DNA of 49,964 bases, counting the filler, from Streblomastix strix (taxonomy: Eukaryota): NCBI GenBank assembly GCA_008636045.1. It is 3 parts of 3 records of this genome, joined end to end, with 100 filler letters (N's around TTAATTAATTAA, not from the genome) between each part and the next. Parts side by side here need not be neighbours in the genome. Positions count along the whole stretch, not along the records: positions 33,382 to 49,964 come from SNRW01000792.1; 2 more parts are not named here. The stretch is one strand, 5' to 3'. Position numbers and translations under genes: made by a program. Of this stretch, positions 49,800 to 49,964 are shown piece after piece (position 1 is the stretch's first letter; every line of letters starts with the position of its first letter). Under the pieces are notes generated by a model. The model searched no databases, had not been told where the DNA came from, and saw only the letters and a program-made list of their open reading frames with translations.

Positions 49800-49964
49800 A
49801 TGTAAAACGAAAATAAATTGTATGAGGATATCCTTAAGACTTTTGCAGGTGAATAATATCAAAGGGAAGAATATGAATTTGAAGTGTAATAAGATATCGA
49901 TGATAAAGCATATAAAGTTCATTATAAAATGAGTCTATCAGAGTTCATAAAAAATATCTTTAAA
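49800..49964 (+). CDS. 5' end of next viral gene (partial, unknown)
   Basis: MQNENKLYEDILKTFAGEQYQREEYEFEV..., preceded by the T-rich/ATAAA leader seen at other viral starts. Confidence 0.5.

Larger units (their letters stand above)
33382..49964. mobile_element. Internal 16.6 kb of an endogenous Polinton/Maverick-like virus (family A)
   Basis: Dense intronless gene array with pPolB, A32 ATPase, MCP-like, penton-like, HNH and fibre genes, all in TAR=Gln code. Confidence 0.9.

Overview
The window is three unrelated ~16.6-kb AT-rich contigs (1-16591, 16692-33281, 33382-49964) joined by 100-nt artificial linkers (N44-TTAATTAATTAA-N44). The supplied ORF track is largely misleading. The DNA is eukaryotic (GT-AG introns) and uses TAA/TAG=Gln with TGA as the only stop (translation table 6); an oxymonad-like protist such as Streblomastix is an inference. 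Re-translated by hand in that code, contig 3 is almost entirely an endogenous Polinton/Maverick-like dsDNA virus. It encodes a repeat-shaft fibre protein, a multi-head fibre-like protein, a pVI-like amphipathic protein, a major capsid protein, a tiny penton-like protein, an HNH fragment, an A32 packaging ATPase and a protein-primed DNA polymerase B with an embedded HNH module. A ~125-bp intergenic repeat divides it into modules in strictly alternating orientation. Contig 1 starts with the integrase and ACTACT-3' terminus of the same family. It continues with a nest of a second viral family, DIRS-like retrotransposon relics, a foldback element and ABCE1/glutaredoxin-like pseudogene fragments. 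Contig 2 holds a decayed second Polinton-like family plus host coiled-coil gene(s). Most copies carry frameshifts or in-frame TGA. All protein identities come from motif recognition, not database searches.
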